Source of the DNA: Acidimicrobiia bacterium | GTDB lineage: Bacteria; Actinomycetota; Acidimicrobiia; Spongiisociales; UBA5794 | DNA length: 60,447 nt | Assembly (NCBI GenBank): GCA_030066875.1 | Contig: JASJAS010000042.1 | Span: 1 to 60,447, forward strand | Reading direction: 5' to 3' | Shown: positions 1 through 9,551 of the stretch, one piece after another | Numbering within the stretch: the stretch's first letter is position 1 | Layout: the number at the start of each line of letters is the position of its first letter | Notes under the pieces: model-generated | The model's input: only the letters and a program-made list of their open reading frames with translations | Databases searched by the model: none | Told to the model about the DNA's origin: nothing | Position numbers and translations under genes: made by a program

Positions 1-204
1 ATGCTGCTCGGCGAGCGCTGGGGCTTCCTGCTCGCCCTGATGGCTTCGGTGCCGTTCTGGTACACCGCCATCCTGATCTTCATCTGGGATCGCGACATGG
101 GCTTTCGACAGAACACGTTCTACTACTGGGTGATCGTGTGGGCGATGTTCCCGGCCTACGGAATCGTCGAAGGCGTCTACACCTTCGTTCGATTGCTCGA
201 CTGA
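1..204 (+). CDS. Membrane protein, C-terminal part (probably truncated at the window edge)
   Basis: Two hydrophobic segments; stop codon 10 bp before the next co-oriented gene. Confidence 0.6.
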   Translation: MLLGERWGFLLALMASVPFWYTAILIFIWDRDMGFRQNTFYYWVIVWAMFPAYGIVEGVYTFVRLLD

Positions 205-214
205 GGGCTCGAGC

Positions 215-910
215 ATGCGCACCCAGTTGATGATCATGCTGATCGTGGCGGCGGTGGCCTTGGCTGCCGCCGCAGCTCTGATTGGCCTGATTGTCTGGCT
301 CGGATGGCAGGTGGGCGTTGCTGTTGCCATCGGGCTGCTTGCCTTGGTCGTCGTCCTCTACTTGCGCGTGATCAAGCCATGGCACCTGCGTTGGGGCGCC
401 ACCGATGAGGAAGTGGCGAGGGTCATGCCGGGTGACGAACTGATTTCCGGGGCATCCAGCGCCACCCGGGCGATTTCGATCAACGCTTCGCCGGAGCAAG
501 TCTGGCCCTGGCTGGTCCAGCTCGGCTACGGCAAAGCAGGTTGGTACAGCTACGACTGGATCGACAACGATTTCCGTCGCAGTGCCGATCGGGTCCTCGA
601 AGACCATCAGCAGCTCGCACCAGGTGACAGGATCCTGATGATGCCCGAAAAGGGCTTTGTCGTTCAGGCAGTCGATCAGCCGCGCTCGATCGTCAGCGTT
701 CTCGAGGATGGCTCGACAAGCTGGAGTCTTGCGCTCTATTCGGAGGATTCGGGCACCAGATTGGTGAGCCGGTGGCGACCCAAGTTCGACCTGACTCCGG
801 CGACCTTCCTACTAACCGTCCTCTCGGAACCGGGCACATTCGTCATGGAGCAGAAGATGCTTCGGAGCATCCGGGACCGGGTCGAAGCCGGTGCGGGGCG
901 CCGTCTCTAG
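215..910 (+). CDS. Membrane-anchored SRPBCC/START-like protein (WGAT...PGD family)
   Basis: Two N-terminal TM helices, then RWGATDEE..MPGD, RAISINASPEQVWPWLVQLG, GWYSYDW and FVMEQKMLRSIR motifs. Confidence 0.7.
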   Translation: MRTQLMIMLIVAAVALAAAAALIGLIVWLGWQVGVAVAIGLLALVVVLYLRVIKPWHLRWGATDEEVARVMPGDELISGASSATRAISINASPEQVWPWLVQLGYGKAGWYSYDWIDNDFRRSADRVLEDHQQLAPGDRILMMPEKGFVVQAVDQPRSIVSVLEDGSTSWSLALYSEDSGTRLVSRWRPKFDLTPATFLLTVLSEPGTFVMEQKMLRSIRDRVEAGAGRRL

Positions 911-926
911 CGAGCTGCAGCGGTGG

Positions 927-1190
927 TCATGGGTCGTGAGGTTGCTCGAGGAATCCGTCCCCTGATTCATCCTGGTCGGCACGGATGAGCTCGGAAGCCT
1001 GCTCCTCGATGATGTGTCGAACGCTGGGTTGGTAGATCTCATCAAACGCACCCGGCTGGAGACCGACGCCCGAAGACCGCGGATTGTGCTTGTTGTAAAC
1101 CCAGCCGCGTTCACCGGCCCAACGAGAGTTCGCAAACACGCCGAAAGCAATGCCCAGGATCACCAGCCCCAGGACGAGGTAGACCGTCAT
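927..1190 (-). CDS. Small hypothetical protein with an N-terminal TM helix
   Basis: 87 aa ORF directly abutting the deaminase stop codon; hydrophobic N-terminus and acidic tail. Confidence 0.6.
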   Translation of the reverse strand: MTVYLVLGLVILGIAFGVFANSRWAGERGWVYNKHNPRSSGVGLQPGAFDEIYQPSVRHIIEEQASELIRADQDESGDGFLEQPHDP

Positions 1191-1664
1191 CTACTGTCCC
1201 TCGTAGGTCTCGACGACCTCTTCGACGATGTCGAGGGTGATCCCTGCCGAGGCGAGTATCTCCGGTGTGTCGCCGCCTGCGTGATATCGGCGGCGAGCGA
1301 CGACTCGCGAAATGCCGCTACTGGCGATGAGCATGGCGCACACCCGGCACGGTTCCATCGAGCAGTAGATCGTCGTACCTTCGAGCTGAAGGCCATAGCG
1401 AGCCGCCTGCACGATGGCGTTCTGCTCGGCATGCACGGTGCGTACGCAGTGCTGCCGGGCGGTACCGTCGTCGTCGATGACTTGCTTCAGATAGTGGCCG
1501 GCCTCGTCGCAGTGAGGCATCCCAGAGGGCGAGCCGACATAGCCGGTGCAGATGATTCGCTTGTCCCGCACCACGACGCAACCGCTCTTTCCTCGGTCGC
1601 AGGTAGCACGCGCCGCTACCTGATCGACAAGTTCGAGAAAGTAGTCGTCCCAGCTCGGCCGCAT
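1191..1664 (-). CDS. dCMP deaminase / cytidine-deoxycytidylate deaminase family (ComEB-like)
   Basis: RPSWDDYF start, RATC, and HAEQNAI and PCRVC zinc-deaminase motifs. Confidence 0.9.
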   Translation of the reverse strand: MRPSWDDYFLELVDQVAARATCDRGKSGCVVVRDKRIICTGYVGSPSGMPHCDEAGHYLKQVIDDDGTARQHCVRTVHAEQNAIVQAARYGLQLEGTTIYCSMEPCRVCAMLIASSGISRVVARRRYHAGGDTPEILASAGITLDIVEEVVETYEGQ

Positions 1665-1701
1665 CGGGCCACGTTACAGGGCGAGGTGCTAGTTCGTCTG
1701 C

Positions 1702-2493
1702 TCAGGTTCCGACTGCCGTTTGATCCTCGGCGTAGACGGCGGTGGCGTAGGCGTTGATGTAGCGACGGCGGGCGAACTCGTTGTCTTCCTTCCGAACGGC
1801 CATCGACCCGATCACCAGATCCGGGGTCTTTTCGACCGAGCGCGGCAGGTATTCGCAGGCGTATCGCCAGGCACCGGGGGAGCGGGCCTCATCCCAGTCG
1901 AGGTACAGCGCGAAACTGGCGCCGACTGCTTCGCAGCTGAGGAACTCCGAGGTCACCCGGGTCGGAAGCGCGCTGTAGAGGTCGACGCTATAGGTCGAGC
2001 CGTTGTCCTTGGCCAGATCGAGGAAGAAATCCTGGAGCATTTCTCGTGATCCCGGTTCCACCATCGCTATTGCTTCCCAGTGCTGGGCGACAGCCGGATC
2101 AGGGGAGATCGAGATGTACGTGCGCTCCCCGAGGTCGAGAAGCTGTAGGGAATTGTCGAAACGGGGTGCTTCGTCCTCATGCCATTCGAGAGTCACCAGC
2201 GGTTTCATGCCGAGCTCTTCACGGATCCGTTCGAATGCCTCGTCTTCATCGTGGAGCTGATAGACGTCGGACGCGATGATGCCCATGTCCACAGGCACCA
2301 CGGGCATAACCAGCCGGCCGTGCTCGGTCTGCAGCCGGACTTCGGTCATTTCCCCTAGGAGTTCCTGGTCGAGCGCGTTTGGGTCGAGTGTCAACTTCTC
2401 ATCCTCCACATTGACGTTGAATCGGCCCGTTCCCCGGTGCACCTGAGCGCTTCTTGGCACTGCCCCAGGTTGAGCTAGCCAATTGACGGGCAC
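1702..2493 (-). CDS. Hypothetical acidic protein (true start probably ~80 nt downstream of 2493)
   Basis: Long ORF with protein-like composition; no family recognised. Confidence 0.6.
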   Translation of the reverse strand: MPVNWLAQPGAVPRSAQVHRGTGRFNVNVEDEKLTLDPNALDQELLGEMTEVRLQTEHGRLVMPVVPVDMGIIASDVYQLHDEDEAFERIREELGMKPLVTLEWHEDEAPRFDNSLQLLDLGERTYISISPDPAVAQHWEAIAMVEPGSREMLQDFFLDLAKDNGSTYSVDLYSALPTRVTSEFLSCEAVGASFALYLDWDEARSPGAWRYACEYLPRSVEKTPDLVIGSMAVRKEDNEFARRRYINAYATAVYAEDQTAVGT

Positions 2494-2534
2494 GGCCCGG
2501 GTGAATCACCCGGGCTGTGGCAGCTCGACGGTCG

Positions 2535-2822
2535 TTAGCTGAGGAGTTCGTCGACGTCGAGATCGTCCCCGAACCCCTGTTCCTGGATGTGAAGCAGATG
2601 GTCGCGAATCTCGTCGTCGCTGCAACCTTCCGCACGCATCCGGGCAACGCCGTAGCGCACGAGTTGTTCCGCGCACTCCTCGTTCTCCCGAAGGAAGTCT
2701 CGGATGAAACCTGGGCCGACGAACCGTGGGCCACGCCACCCTGCGGATTGTCTCCGCATGTGGCGCAGCCTCATGTGGTGATGGCGATGGTGCATCCTGC
2801 GTCGTGTTCTCTTGAGCCCCAC
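2535..2822 (-). CDS. Small hypothetical protein with a His/Arg-rich N-terminus and acidic C-terminus
   Basis: GTG at 2822 preceded by a strong AAAGGAGG Shine-Dalgarno; divergent from the TetR gene. Confidence 0.65.
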   Translation of the reverse strand: MGLKRTRRRMHHRHHHMRLRHMRRQSAGWRGPRFVGPGFIRDFLRENEECAEQLVRYGVARMRAEGCSDDEIRDHLLHIQEQGFGDDLDVDELLS

Positions 2823-2843
2823 TGGGGGCCTCCTTTCATTCGA

Positions 2844-2907
2844 TACAATCTGTAGCGCTACAATCTGTAGCATATACCCGGTTTGTAACTTATGCAACAA
2901 ATTGTTG
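2844..2907. promoter_or_regulatory. Probable TetR operator array (three ACA-N3-TGT palindromes)
   Basis: TACAATCTGTAGC at 2844-2856 and again at 2859-2871 (GCTACA-ATC-TGTAGC is palindromic); CAACA-AAT-TGTTG at 2895-2907 abuts the -10 TACAGT (2908-2913). Confidence 0.7.
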
Positions 2908-2919
2908 TACAGTTAGAGC

Positions 2920-3534
2920 ATGCCGCATCGGAACAAGGGACACGGGGATCATCACGGTCGCGGCGGACATCGCCGTCACGATCCCCGAGTTGCGCGCACG
3001 CGAGCTGTTGTCCTTGAAGCCGCGCGCAAGCTCCTAGTTGAGGAAGGACCGGATGCGGTGACGGCGCTGCGGGTCTCGCAGGCTACCGGCATCGCCCGCA
3101 CCACCATCTACCGGCACTGGCCAGAGCGAGAGGATCTCCTGCGCGAGACGGTCGCTATGGACGAACCGGATTCACACATTGCCTTGACCGGAAATACACG
3201 GGCCGATCTGATTGCGATGCTCGGCCATATGGCTGAGCAGGTCGGCAAGCGGCGCAGCGCCCGCATGATGGCTGTTGCGTTTGAGCGAGCCGGCTACCGG
3301 GGGCGGGCTGGAGGCCCCCACCGCGAGATGGTGAGGAAGCGCATGGAACCGCTGCGCAAGATCGTCGAATCCGGGATCGCCCAGGGCGACCTGGCAGCCA
3401 CGCTCGACGCCGACGCTGCGGTGGCCCAGCTTGCCGGTCCGGCCTTCTTTCGTGCTGTGCTGATGCGCCAGAAGGTGACCGCCGACTTTGTCGCAGACAC
3501 AGTTGATGCCTTCATGGCGGCCCATTCCGCCTAG
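2920..3534 (+). CDS. TetR/AcrR family transcriptional regulator
   Basis: DPRVARTR..VLEAA and HTH VSQATGIARTTIYRHW. Confidence 0.92.
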   Translation: MPHRNKGHGDHHGRGGHRRHDPRVARTRAVVLEAARKLLVEEGPDAVTALRVSQATGIARTTIYRHWPEREDLLRETVAMDEPDSHIALTGNTRADLIAMLGHMAEQVGKRRSARMMAVAFERAGYRGRAGGPHREMVRKRMEPLRKIVESGIAQGDLAATLDADAAVAQLAGPAFFRAVLMRQKVTADFVADTVDAFMAAHSA

Positions 3535-3592
3535 GGGGAGCTCTAGATAACTCGACCATCACGCGGGGCAGCGCGCTCCTGTAGTACGACCT

Positions 3593-3625
3593 GAAGAGGC
3601 CCGGGACGCTAGCCCGGGCCTCTTC
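3593..3625. terminator. Intrinsic terminator-like hairpin between convergent genes
   Basis: GAAGAGGCCCGGG-ACGCTAG-CCCGGGCCTCTTC, a perfect 13-bp stem. Confidence 0.7.
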
Positions 3626-3658
3626 TTGTGTGTCGTGCGGGAGGAGGGAGGGAGGCGC

Positions 3659-4027
3659 TTACGACACAAACCTCATCGTCATGGGGTAGCGGTAGTAGTT
3701 GCCGTTGGAGGTTGCGATCGCTGCCCGGATGGCCAGGACGAACCAACTGATGGCCACCACCGGCAGGAGGATCAAACCCACCAGCAAGAGGATGGAAAGC
3801 GCGGAGATGAGCGCCCAAATCATGAACGAGATGTTGAAGTTGAGCGCTTCCTTGGCGTGGTACTCCACCCAGGGGTCGTCCTTCTTGAACAGCCAAACCA
3901 ACAAGGGCCCTACGAGCGATGGGATGCCCAGGAACATGATGAAGGCCGACAGGTGACTGGCGGTGGCCAGGTTACGGGAGTCATTTGTAACGACTTGCGG
4001 TGTCGGCTGGGGTGTCTCAGTAGTCAT
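3659..4027 (-). CDS. DUF4870 domain membrane protein (Tic20-like)
   Basis: SHLS, GPLLVWL..KD, HAKEALNFNIS and YRYP motifs; start placed at MTTETP. Confidence 0.85.
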   Translation of the reverse strand: MTTETPQPTPQVVTNDSRNLATASHLSAFIMFLGIPSLVGPLLVWLFKKDDPWVEYHAKEALNFNISFMIWALISALSILLLVGLILLPVVAISWFVLAIRAAIATSNGNYYRYPMTMRFVS

Positions 4028-4055
4028 TTCTCGATCCTTTGATCTTGTTTCCTTC

Positions 4056-4123
4056 ATCGTGCCTGCGGGAGCCGCTGGTGACCATCGGGTGTCACCCTGG
4101 TTCGACCCTGAGACGACCCTGAG
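4056..4123 (-). promoter_or_regulatory. Activator-type promoter: three CAGGGT direct repeats at 11-bp period, an inverted half-site and a weak -10
   Basis: ACCCTG at 4094, 4105 and 4116 on the + strand; minus strand reads CAGGGTGACACCCGATG-N21-CACGAT. Confidence 0.55.
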
Positions 4124-4149
4124 CCGCTACGCACGGGTACCATCACGTC

Positions 4150-4749
4150 ATGTCCTCCTTCAGTTATGACGCGGAGACGGCGCTGGTCGTTGTGGACGTT
4201 CAGAATGATTTTGCCGATAGGAACGGCTCCATTTATGTGACCGGCGGTGAGGAAGTGGTTCCCGCAATCAATGCGGAGATCGCCCGGGCACGCAGTGCGG
4301 GGGCACATGTGGCGTACACCGCCGACTGGCATCCTCAGTCGACTCCACATTTCGCCAAGGATGGCGGCATCTGGCCGGTGCACTGTGTTGGGGACACGTG
4401 GGGGGCTCAGTTTCACCCCAACCTCATCGTTGACGGTCCTGTAGTCCGCAAAGGGACCGGCGGCGAGGACGGCTACTCGGGATTCTCGGTGAGGGACCCT
4501 GAGAGCGGGCACATCACAGCAACCGGACTCGCTGAGCAATTAGAGCGCTGGGGAGTCAAGACGGTGGCGGTATGCGGTTTGGCGACCGACTACTGCGTCA
4601 AGGAGACCGCCCTCGACGGAGCGAGCGAGGGATATGGAGTCATCCTTCTCGAGCACGCAGTGCGTGCAGTGAATCTCGAGCCCGGCGATGGGGAGCGGGC
4701 ACTTGCCGAGATGGCGGAAGCCGGTTGCCGCCTTGTGCCGGCGACCTAG
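4150..4749 (+). CDS. pncA: Nicotinamidase/pyrazinamidase (isochorismatase family)
   Basis: VVDVQNDF, DWHP, WPVHCV, KG...YSGF and GLATDYCV motifs. Confidence 0.9.
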   Translation: MSSFSYDAETALVVVDVQNDFADRNGSIYVTGGEEVVPAINAEIARARSAGAHVAYTADWHPQSTPHFAKDGGIWPVHCVGDTWGAQFHPNLIVDGPVVRKGTGGEDGYSGFSVRDPESGHITATGLAEQLERWGVKTVAVCGLATDYCVKETALDGASEGYGVILLEHAVRAVNLEPGDGERALAEMAEAGCRLVPAT

Positions 4750-5543
4750 CGGACAACCCCGCTGGTTGCGAAGATGCGATGCTTCACACGCAGCTCGCCG
4801 GGGAACTCGGCGGCAAGCAACGACGCCAACTCGTCGTCAAATACCTCTACCTGTTCCTCGTTCAGGGCAGAGCCGACTCCATTGCAGGTGCGGATTCGTC
4901 CCCGCCATGCTTCGTGGCTGAACGCTACGTCGACGGTGTAACTGAAGCTTTCAACCTGCTCGAAGCCACTTTCGTCCAGCGCCCGGACTTGCTCAGGGTG
5001 GACGCCGCGCCATCCGGCCTTAGGCCAGCCGGGATTGTGCTGCAGGATCAGATCTTCGGTTCTGCCGGCAACGTTCCCGGGCAGTGGGACATAGCTGAAG
5101 TTGCAGATCAGCAGGCGGCCGGTCGGGGCCAGGACACGGCGCACCTCGGTGATGGTTGCCTCCGCGTCGAACCACCACCAGCACTGCCCGGCACTGACCA
5201 AGTCGTACGCCGAGTTATCGAGCCCAGTCGCCTCAGCGCGTCCCGGAACGAACCGAGCCACTAAACCCTGGTCTGCCGCGGCAGCGCGGGCGACATCCAG
5301 CAACTCCGGCGCGATGTCGAGCCCTGTCGCTAATAGGCCGCGCGCGGCGAAACCCAGTGCGAGGGTGCCTGTCCCAGTTCCGAGGTCGAGGGCACGCAGC
5401 CCGGGCCGGATCCAGCGACGCTCCGCTAGCTCATCGAAGAAGCTGTCGGGGAAGCCCGGCCGGTGGCGTTCGTAGTCGACGGCAGTGCGGCCGAAGTCGA
5501 TCGGCCTTCCCTCATGGTCGGTCGCTGCGTGAGGCTCTTCCAC
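4746..5543 (-). CDS. Class I SAM-dependent methyltransferase
   Basis: LDLGTGTG motif I, YERHRPGFP, GQCWWWFD; GTG start 6 nt after TACCCT. Confidence 0.88.
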   Translation of the reverse strand: MEEPHAATDHEGRPIDFGRTAVDYERHRPGFPDSFFDELAERRWIRPGLRALDLGTGTGTLALGFAARGLLATGLDIAPELLDVARAAAADQGLVARFVPGRAEATGLDNSAYDLVSAGQCWWWFDAEATITEVRRVLAPTGRLLICNFSYVPLPGNVAGRTEDLILQHNPGWPKAGWRGVHPEQVRALDESGFEQVESFSYTVDVAFSHEAWRGRIRTCNGVGSALNEEQVEVFDDELASLLAAEFPGELRVKHRIFATSGVVR

Positions 5544-5631
5544 GAGGCGAGGGTACCCGGGCGGAGAAGCTGGCAACGACAGCTCGGGGCAACGAGTATG
5601 GGTATGGGTCACGGATCGATGGAGCGCAACG

Positions 5632-6930
5632 ATGTACCAACCCGAACTCGAAACGATGGGCCATGCTGCCAAGCACCACCTGCAGAGCGAACGCTTGATA
5701 GCACTGATCGAACGGCTCGAGGCTTCAGACGTGCCCTACTGGCAGCAGAAGATGGCAGGCGTCGGCTCGGTCAAGTCGATAAACGACATCACCGGTCTTC
5801 CGTTCACGGTGAAAGCGGAAATGCGGGCTGCCTTTCCGTACGGGATGCTCACCGTGCCGGTCGATGACTGCAATCGGATCCACGCATCATCCGGTACATC
5901 AGGCAAGCCGACGGTGGTGGCCTACACCAAGGCAGATCTTGGAGTCTTTGCCGAAGTGAACGCCCGGGTACTGGGCTGTGCCGGTGCCCGCCCCCAGGAC
6001 GTCTTCCACATTGCGTATGGCTACGGCCTGTTCACCGGCGGGCTCGGACTTCACGGCGGGGCCGAGCTGTTCGGCGTCACCGTCGTGCCGGCATCAGGGG
6101 GAAACGCAACCCTCCAAGTGGAGCTGCTCGCTGATCTAGGTGCCCGCGGCTTCTGTGCCACTCCATCTTTCACCCTGCTGCTTGCCGAGCGAGCCGAAGC
6201 CGCCGGGTTGATGGGCCGAATCAAGGTGGAGTACGGCATTCTCGGCGCCGAGCCCTGGTCGGAGTCCATGCGGGCGAAGATCGAGGAGGCCTGGGATATC
6301 CACGCCCTGGACATCTACGGTCTCTCCGAAGTCATTGGGCCGGGAGTGGCCATGGAGTCGGTTGAGGGCATGGGTGCCCCTTTCATCTTCGACGATCACT
6401 TCTTTCCCGAAATCGTTGATCCCAAGACCGGCGACCCGGTGCCGAATGGCGACTTCGGCGAACTCGTGCTCACGACACTGACCAAAGAGGCGCTGCCCGT
6501 AATCAGATACCGCACAGGAGATATCACCCGGTTCGTCGACGAGCCTTCGCCTTGCGGGCGTACCTTCCGGCGGATGGATCGAATCAGCGGGCGGGTCGAT
6601 GACATGCTGATCGTGCGCGGGGTCAACGTCTTCCCTTCCGAGGTTGAGGCGGTAGTGCTTGCCGAACCTGGGGTGTCGGGTCAGTGGGCCATCGTGCTTG
6701 ATAAGCGAGGGACGCTGGTGGAGATGGTGGTGCGCTGCGAACTCGAGTCGCAAGCAGATGTGCCGCGACGGGACCACATTCGCGACAGGATCGAAAGGCA
6801 GCTGCACTCGCGGCTCCGGGTACGCACCCGCGTGGCTATCGGTGCCCCCGGCTCGATGCCACGCTCCGAGGTAGGTAAGGCAAGACGAGTGTTCGAGCAG
6901 GTCGACGACCGGGATCCCTTGGCATCTTGA
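5632..6930 (+). CDS. paaK: Phenylacetate-CoA ligase family protein
   Basis: HASSGTSGKPT, YGYGLFTGGLG, DIYGLSE, RYRTGDI and GRVDDMLIVRGVNVFP. Confidence 0.9.
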   Translation: MYQPELETMGHAAKHHLQSERLIALIERLEASDVPYWQQKMAGVGSVKSINDITGLPFTVKAEMRAAFPYGMLTVPVDDCNRIHASSGTSGKPTVVAYTKADLGVFAEVNARVLGCAGARPQDVFHIAYGYGLFTGGLGLHGGAELFGVTVVPASGGNATLQVELLADLGARGFCATPSFTLLLAERAEAAGLMGRIKVEYGILGAEPWSESMRAKIEEAWDIHALDIYGLSEVIGPGVAMESVEGMGAPFIFDDHFFPEIVDPKTGDPVPNGDFGELVLTTLTKEALPVIRYRTGDITRFVDEPSPCGRTFRRMDRISGRVDDMLIVRGVNVFPSEVEAVVLAEPGVSGQWAIVLDKRGTLVEMVVRCELESQADVPRRDHIRDRIERQLHSRLRVRTRVAIGAPGSMPRSEVGKARRVFEQVDDRDPLAS

Positions 6931-7063
6931 CCTTCGTCTCCTCGCGAGGTGGCGCCCAGCCGGATGAGGCACAGCGGGTGCCTCATCGGTGTGCAGCTGC
7001 CACCTGCCGCCGCGGACAACGCCCTACGATGCCGTCGTCAGCAGACCGCGAACGGATGCGCCA

Positions 7064-9544
7064 TTGACCACCAAGCAGACCAGCAAAGGCACCCTGGGCA
7101 CCTTCGCCGGAGTCTTCACCCCGTCGATCCTCACCATCCTCGGCATCATTCTCTTCCTCAGGCTGGGGTATGTTGTCGGCAACGCCGGCCTGCGGAATGC
7201 GCTGATCATCATCGGGGTTGCCACCGCCGTCTCGGTGCTCACCAGCATCTCGCTGGCGGCCATCGCTACCAACATCGATGTGAAGGGTGGCGGCGACTAC
7301 TACATGATCTCCCGCACCCTGGGAGTGGAGTTCGGCGGCGCCATCGGCATAGTGCTCTTCCTGGCCCAGTCCGTGTCGATCGCCTTCTACGCGGTCGGCT
7401 TCGGAGAGGCTACGGTTGCCATCTTCGGTGTCGACGCCGACTGGGCGGCGCAAGCAGTCGCCGCAGTCGCCGTTCTGTTGCTGTTCGGCCTGGCTTGGCT
7501 GGGTGCCGACGTCGCCAGCCGCTTCCAATTCGTGGTCATGGCGCTGCTGGTGGCCGCCTTGCTGTCGTTCTATGTGGGTGCGTTCGGCAGCTTTGACGGC
7601 GGGATGGCCGGCGAGGGGTGGCAGGCTCCAGAAGCGGGGCTCGGCTTCTGGGCGGTCTTTGCGATCTTCTTCCCTGCGGTAACCGGGTTCACACAGGGAG
7701 TCAGCATGTCCGGCGACCTGCGCGACGCGGGGAAGAGCCTGCCGCGCGGGACCTTTGCCGCCGTCGGTCTGTCGACCATCGTCTACGTTTCGGTGGCGAT
7801 CCTCATCGCCGGCAACGCCAGTTCGTCCCAGCTCATTGAGGACACCTCGATTCTGAATTCGATCGCGTCTTTCGGGCCGCTGATCGACGCTGGCGTCATC
7901 GCGGCGACTCTGTCGTCGGCAATGGCCTCTTTCCTGGGTGCTCCACGCATATTGCAGTCACTTGCCGCTGATCGAGTCTTTCCCGTCCTGAACGCTTTCG
8001 CCCGGGGACATGGGCCGGCTTCGAACCCCCGGCGGGCGGTTCTCCTATCGCTGGGAATCGCGCTTGGAACCGTGGCCATCGGCAACCTCAACGCCATCGC
8101 ACCGGTGGTGTCGATGTTCTTTCTGATTTCCTACGGCTTGCTCAACTACGCCACCTACTACGAAGCCCGGGCGGCGAGCCCATCATTCCGCCCGCGCTTC
8201 CGCTTCTTCAACCGTCGGGCGAGCCTGGTTGGAGCACTTGCTTGCGCCGCAGCGATGCTGGCTATCAACGTCACCGCAGGAGCTGCCGCCATTCTGATCC
8301 TGGTCCTCATCTATCAATACTTGCGCCGCATCGATCGGCCGCAGCGATGGGCCGATGCCAGCCGCTCGTACTACTTCCAGCGGGTCAAGGAGGGGATTCG
8401 GGCGATGACGGCTGAGGCCGAGAACCCACGCAGCTGGCGTCCCCAGGTGCTGGCGTTTTCCGCCGATCCGCAGCGGCGTGCTCGCCTTCTCCGCTTCGGG
8501 TCGTGGCTCGAGGGTGAAAGCGGGCTGACGGCTGCGGTCCAGATCGTCGTTGGTGAAGGCGCACTCATGCGCAGGGAGCGCCACGAGAGCGAAGAACGGC
8601 TTCGCGGAGAGATCGAGACGCTCGGACTCGATGTTCACGGCAGGGCAGTCTTGGCGCCCGATGCCATGGAGGCACTGCCGGTGATCGTGCAGTCGTTCGG
8701 CCTCGGTCCCCTCAAGGCCAATACGGTTCTCTTTGGATGGCCCGAGGAGACCGACGAGATGCATCTCGCCGGCTACGCCCAGGCGGTCCGGGAGACGCAC
8801 CGATTGGGGGTCAATGTCGTCAGCATGCTCAGCGACGAGGAACGCTGGGCACAGCTCGAAGAATCGCCGCGCGGGGAGCGGCGTATCGATGTCTGGTGGC
8901 AAGACGATGATTCCAGTCGGCTGGCGCTGCTCAGCGCCTACCTGTTCACCAGGACCCGGGCATGGTCGCGAGCCCGGATCCGTGTGCTCGGATGGGCCGA
9001 CAGCGAAGTGGAAGTAGATGCGGCCACCTCGACGATACGGAGCCTTCTCGACGAATCGCGTATCGACGCTGATGTGGAGTGCTTTGCCACGCCATCGCTC
9101 GGCCAGATTGCTCGCACATCGGGGAAGTCGAGTTTCGTCATGCTGCCGTCTGCTCTGCGCCAAGGAGCCTTCTTCGGGCCCTTCGAACGGTCCACGCCGC
9201 TCCTGCTGACGATGCTTCCGACCAGCGCCGTGTTCATGGCCGGATCTGCCATCGATCTCACAGCGGGTCCGGAGACGGAGCAAAGCATCCAACTACGAGC
9301 CGCCGAGGAATTGGTGCACGTTGCCGCGAATCGTCTCCGCACCCTCGAGAAACAGCAGGAGCGACTCGAGGCTGAGATCGAGATACGAACCGGTGGGGAC
9401 GACTGGGCAGCCGACGACGTCGCAGCGGCCCAGCAGCGCCTGCGAACGGTGGAACGGCGGATTCTCACAACCCGAGCCAAGCTGGATTCCGCCAAGGCCG
9501 ACGTTGCGGCGCTGCTAGACGAGCCCACCCCTTCCGGCGACTGA
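7064..9544 (+). CDS. Cation-chloride cotransporter (SLC12/NKCC-like) / amino acid permease family (start uncertain)
   Basis: LGTFAGVFTPSILTILGIILFLR, GGGDYYMISRTLG.EFGG.IG, FAIFFPAVTG, WRPQVL and RRIDVWW motifs. Confidence 0.85.
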   Translation: MTTKQTSKGTLGTFAGVFTPSILTILGIILFLRLGYVVGNAGLRNALIIIGVATAVSVLTSISLAAIATNIDVKGGGDYYMISRTLGVEFGGAIGIVLFLAQSVSIAFYAVGFGEATVAIFGVDADWAAQAVAAVAVLLLFGLAWLGADVASRFQFVVMALLVAALLSFYVGAFGSFDGGMAGEGWQAPEAGLGFWAVFAIFFPAVTGFTQGVSMSGDLRDAGKSLPRGTFAAVGLSTIVYVSVAILIAGNASSSQLIEDTSILNSIASFGPLIDAGVIAATLSSAMASFLGAPRILQSLAADRVFPVLNAFARGHGPASNPRRAVLLSLGIALGTVAIGNLNAIAPVVSMFFLISYGLLNYATYYEARAASPSFRPRFRFFNRRASLVGALACAAAMLAINVTAGAAAILILVLIYQYLRRIDRPQRWADASRSYYFQRVKEGIRAMTAEAENPRSWRPQVLAFSADPQRRARLLRFGSWLEGESGLTAAVQIVVGEGALMRRERHESEERLRGEIETLGLDVHGRAVLAPDAMEALPVIVQSFGLGPLKANTVLFGWPEETDEMHLAGYAQAVRETHRLGVNVVSMLSDEERWAQLEESPRGERRIDVWWQDDDSSRLALLSAYLFTRTRAWSRARIRVLGWADSEVEVDAATSTIRSLLDESRIDADVECFATPSLGQIARTSGKSSFVMLPSALRQGAFFGPFERSTPLLLTMLPTSAVFMAGSAIDLTAGPETEQSIQLRAAEELVHVAANRLRTLEKQQERLEAEIEIRTGGDDWAADDVAAAQQRLRTVERRILTTRAKLDSAKADVAALLDEPTPSGD

Positions 9545-9551
9545 GGCTGTC

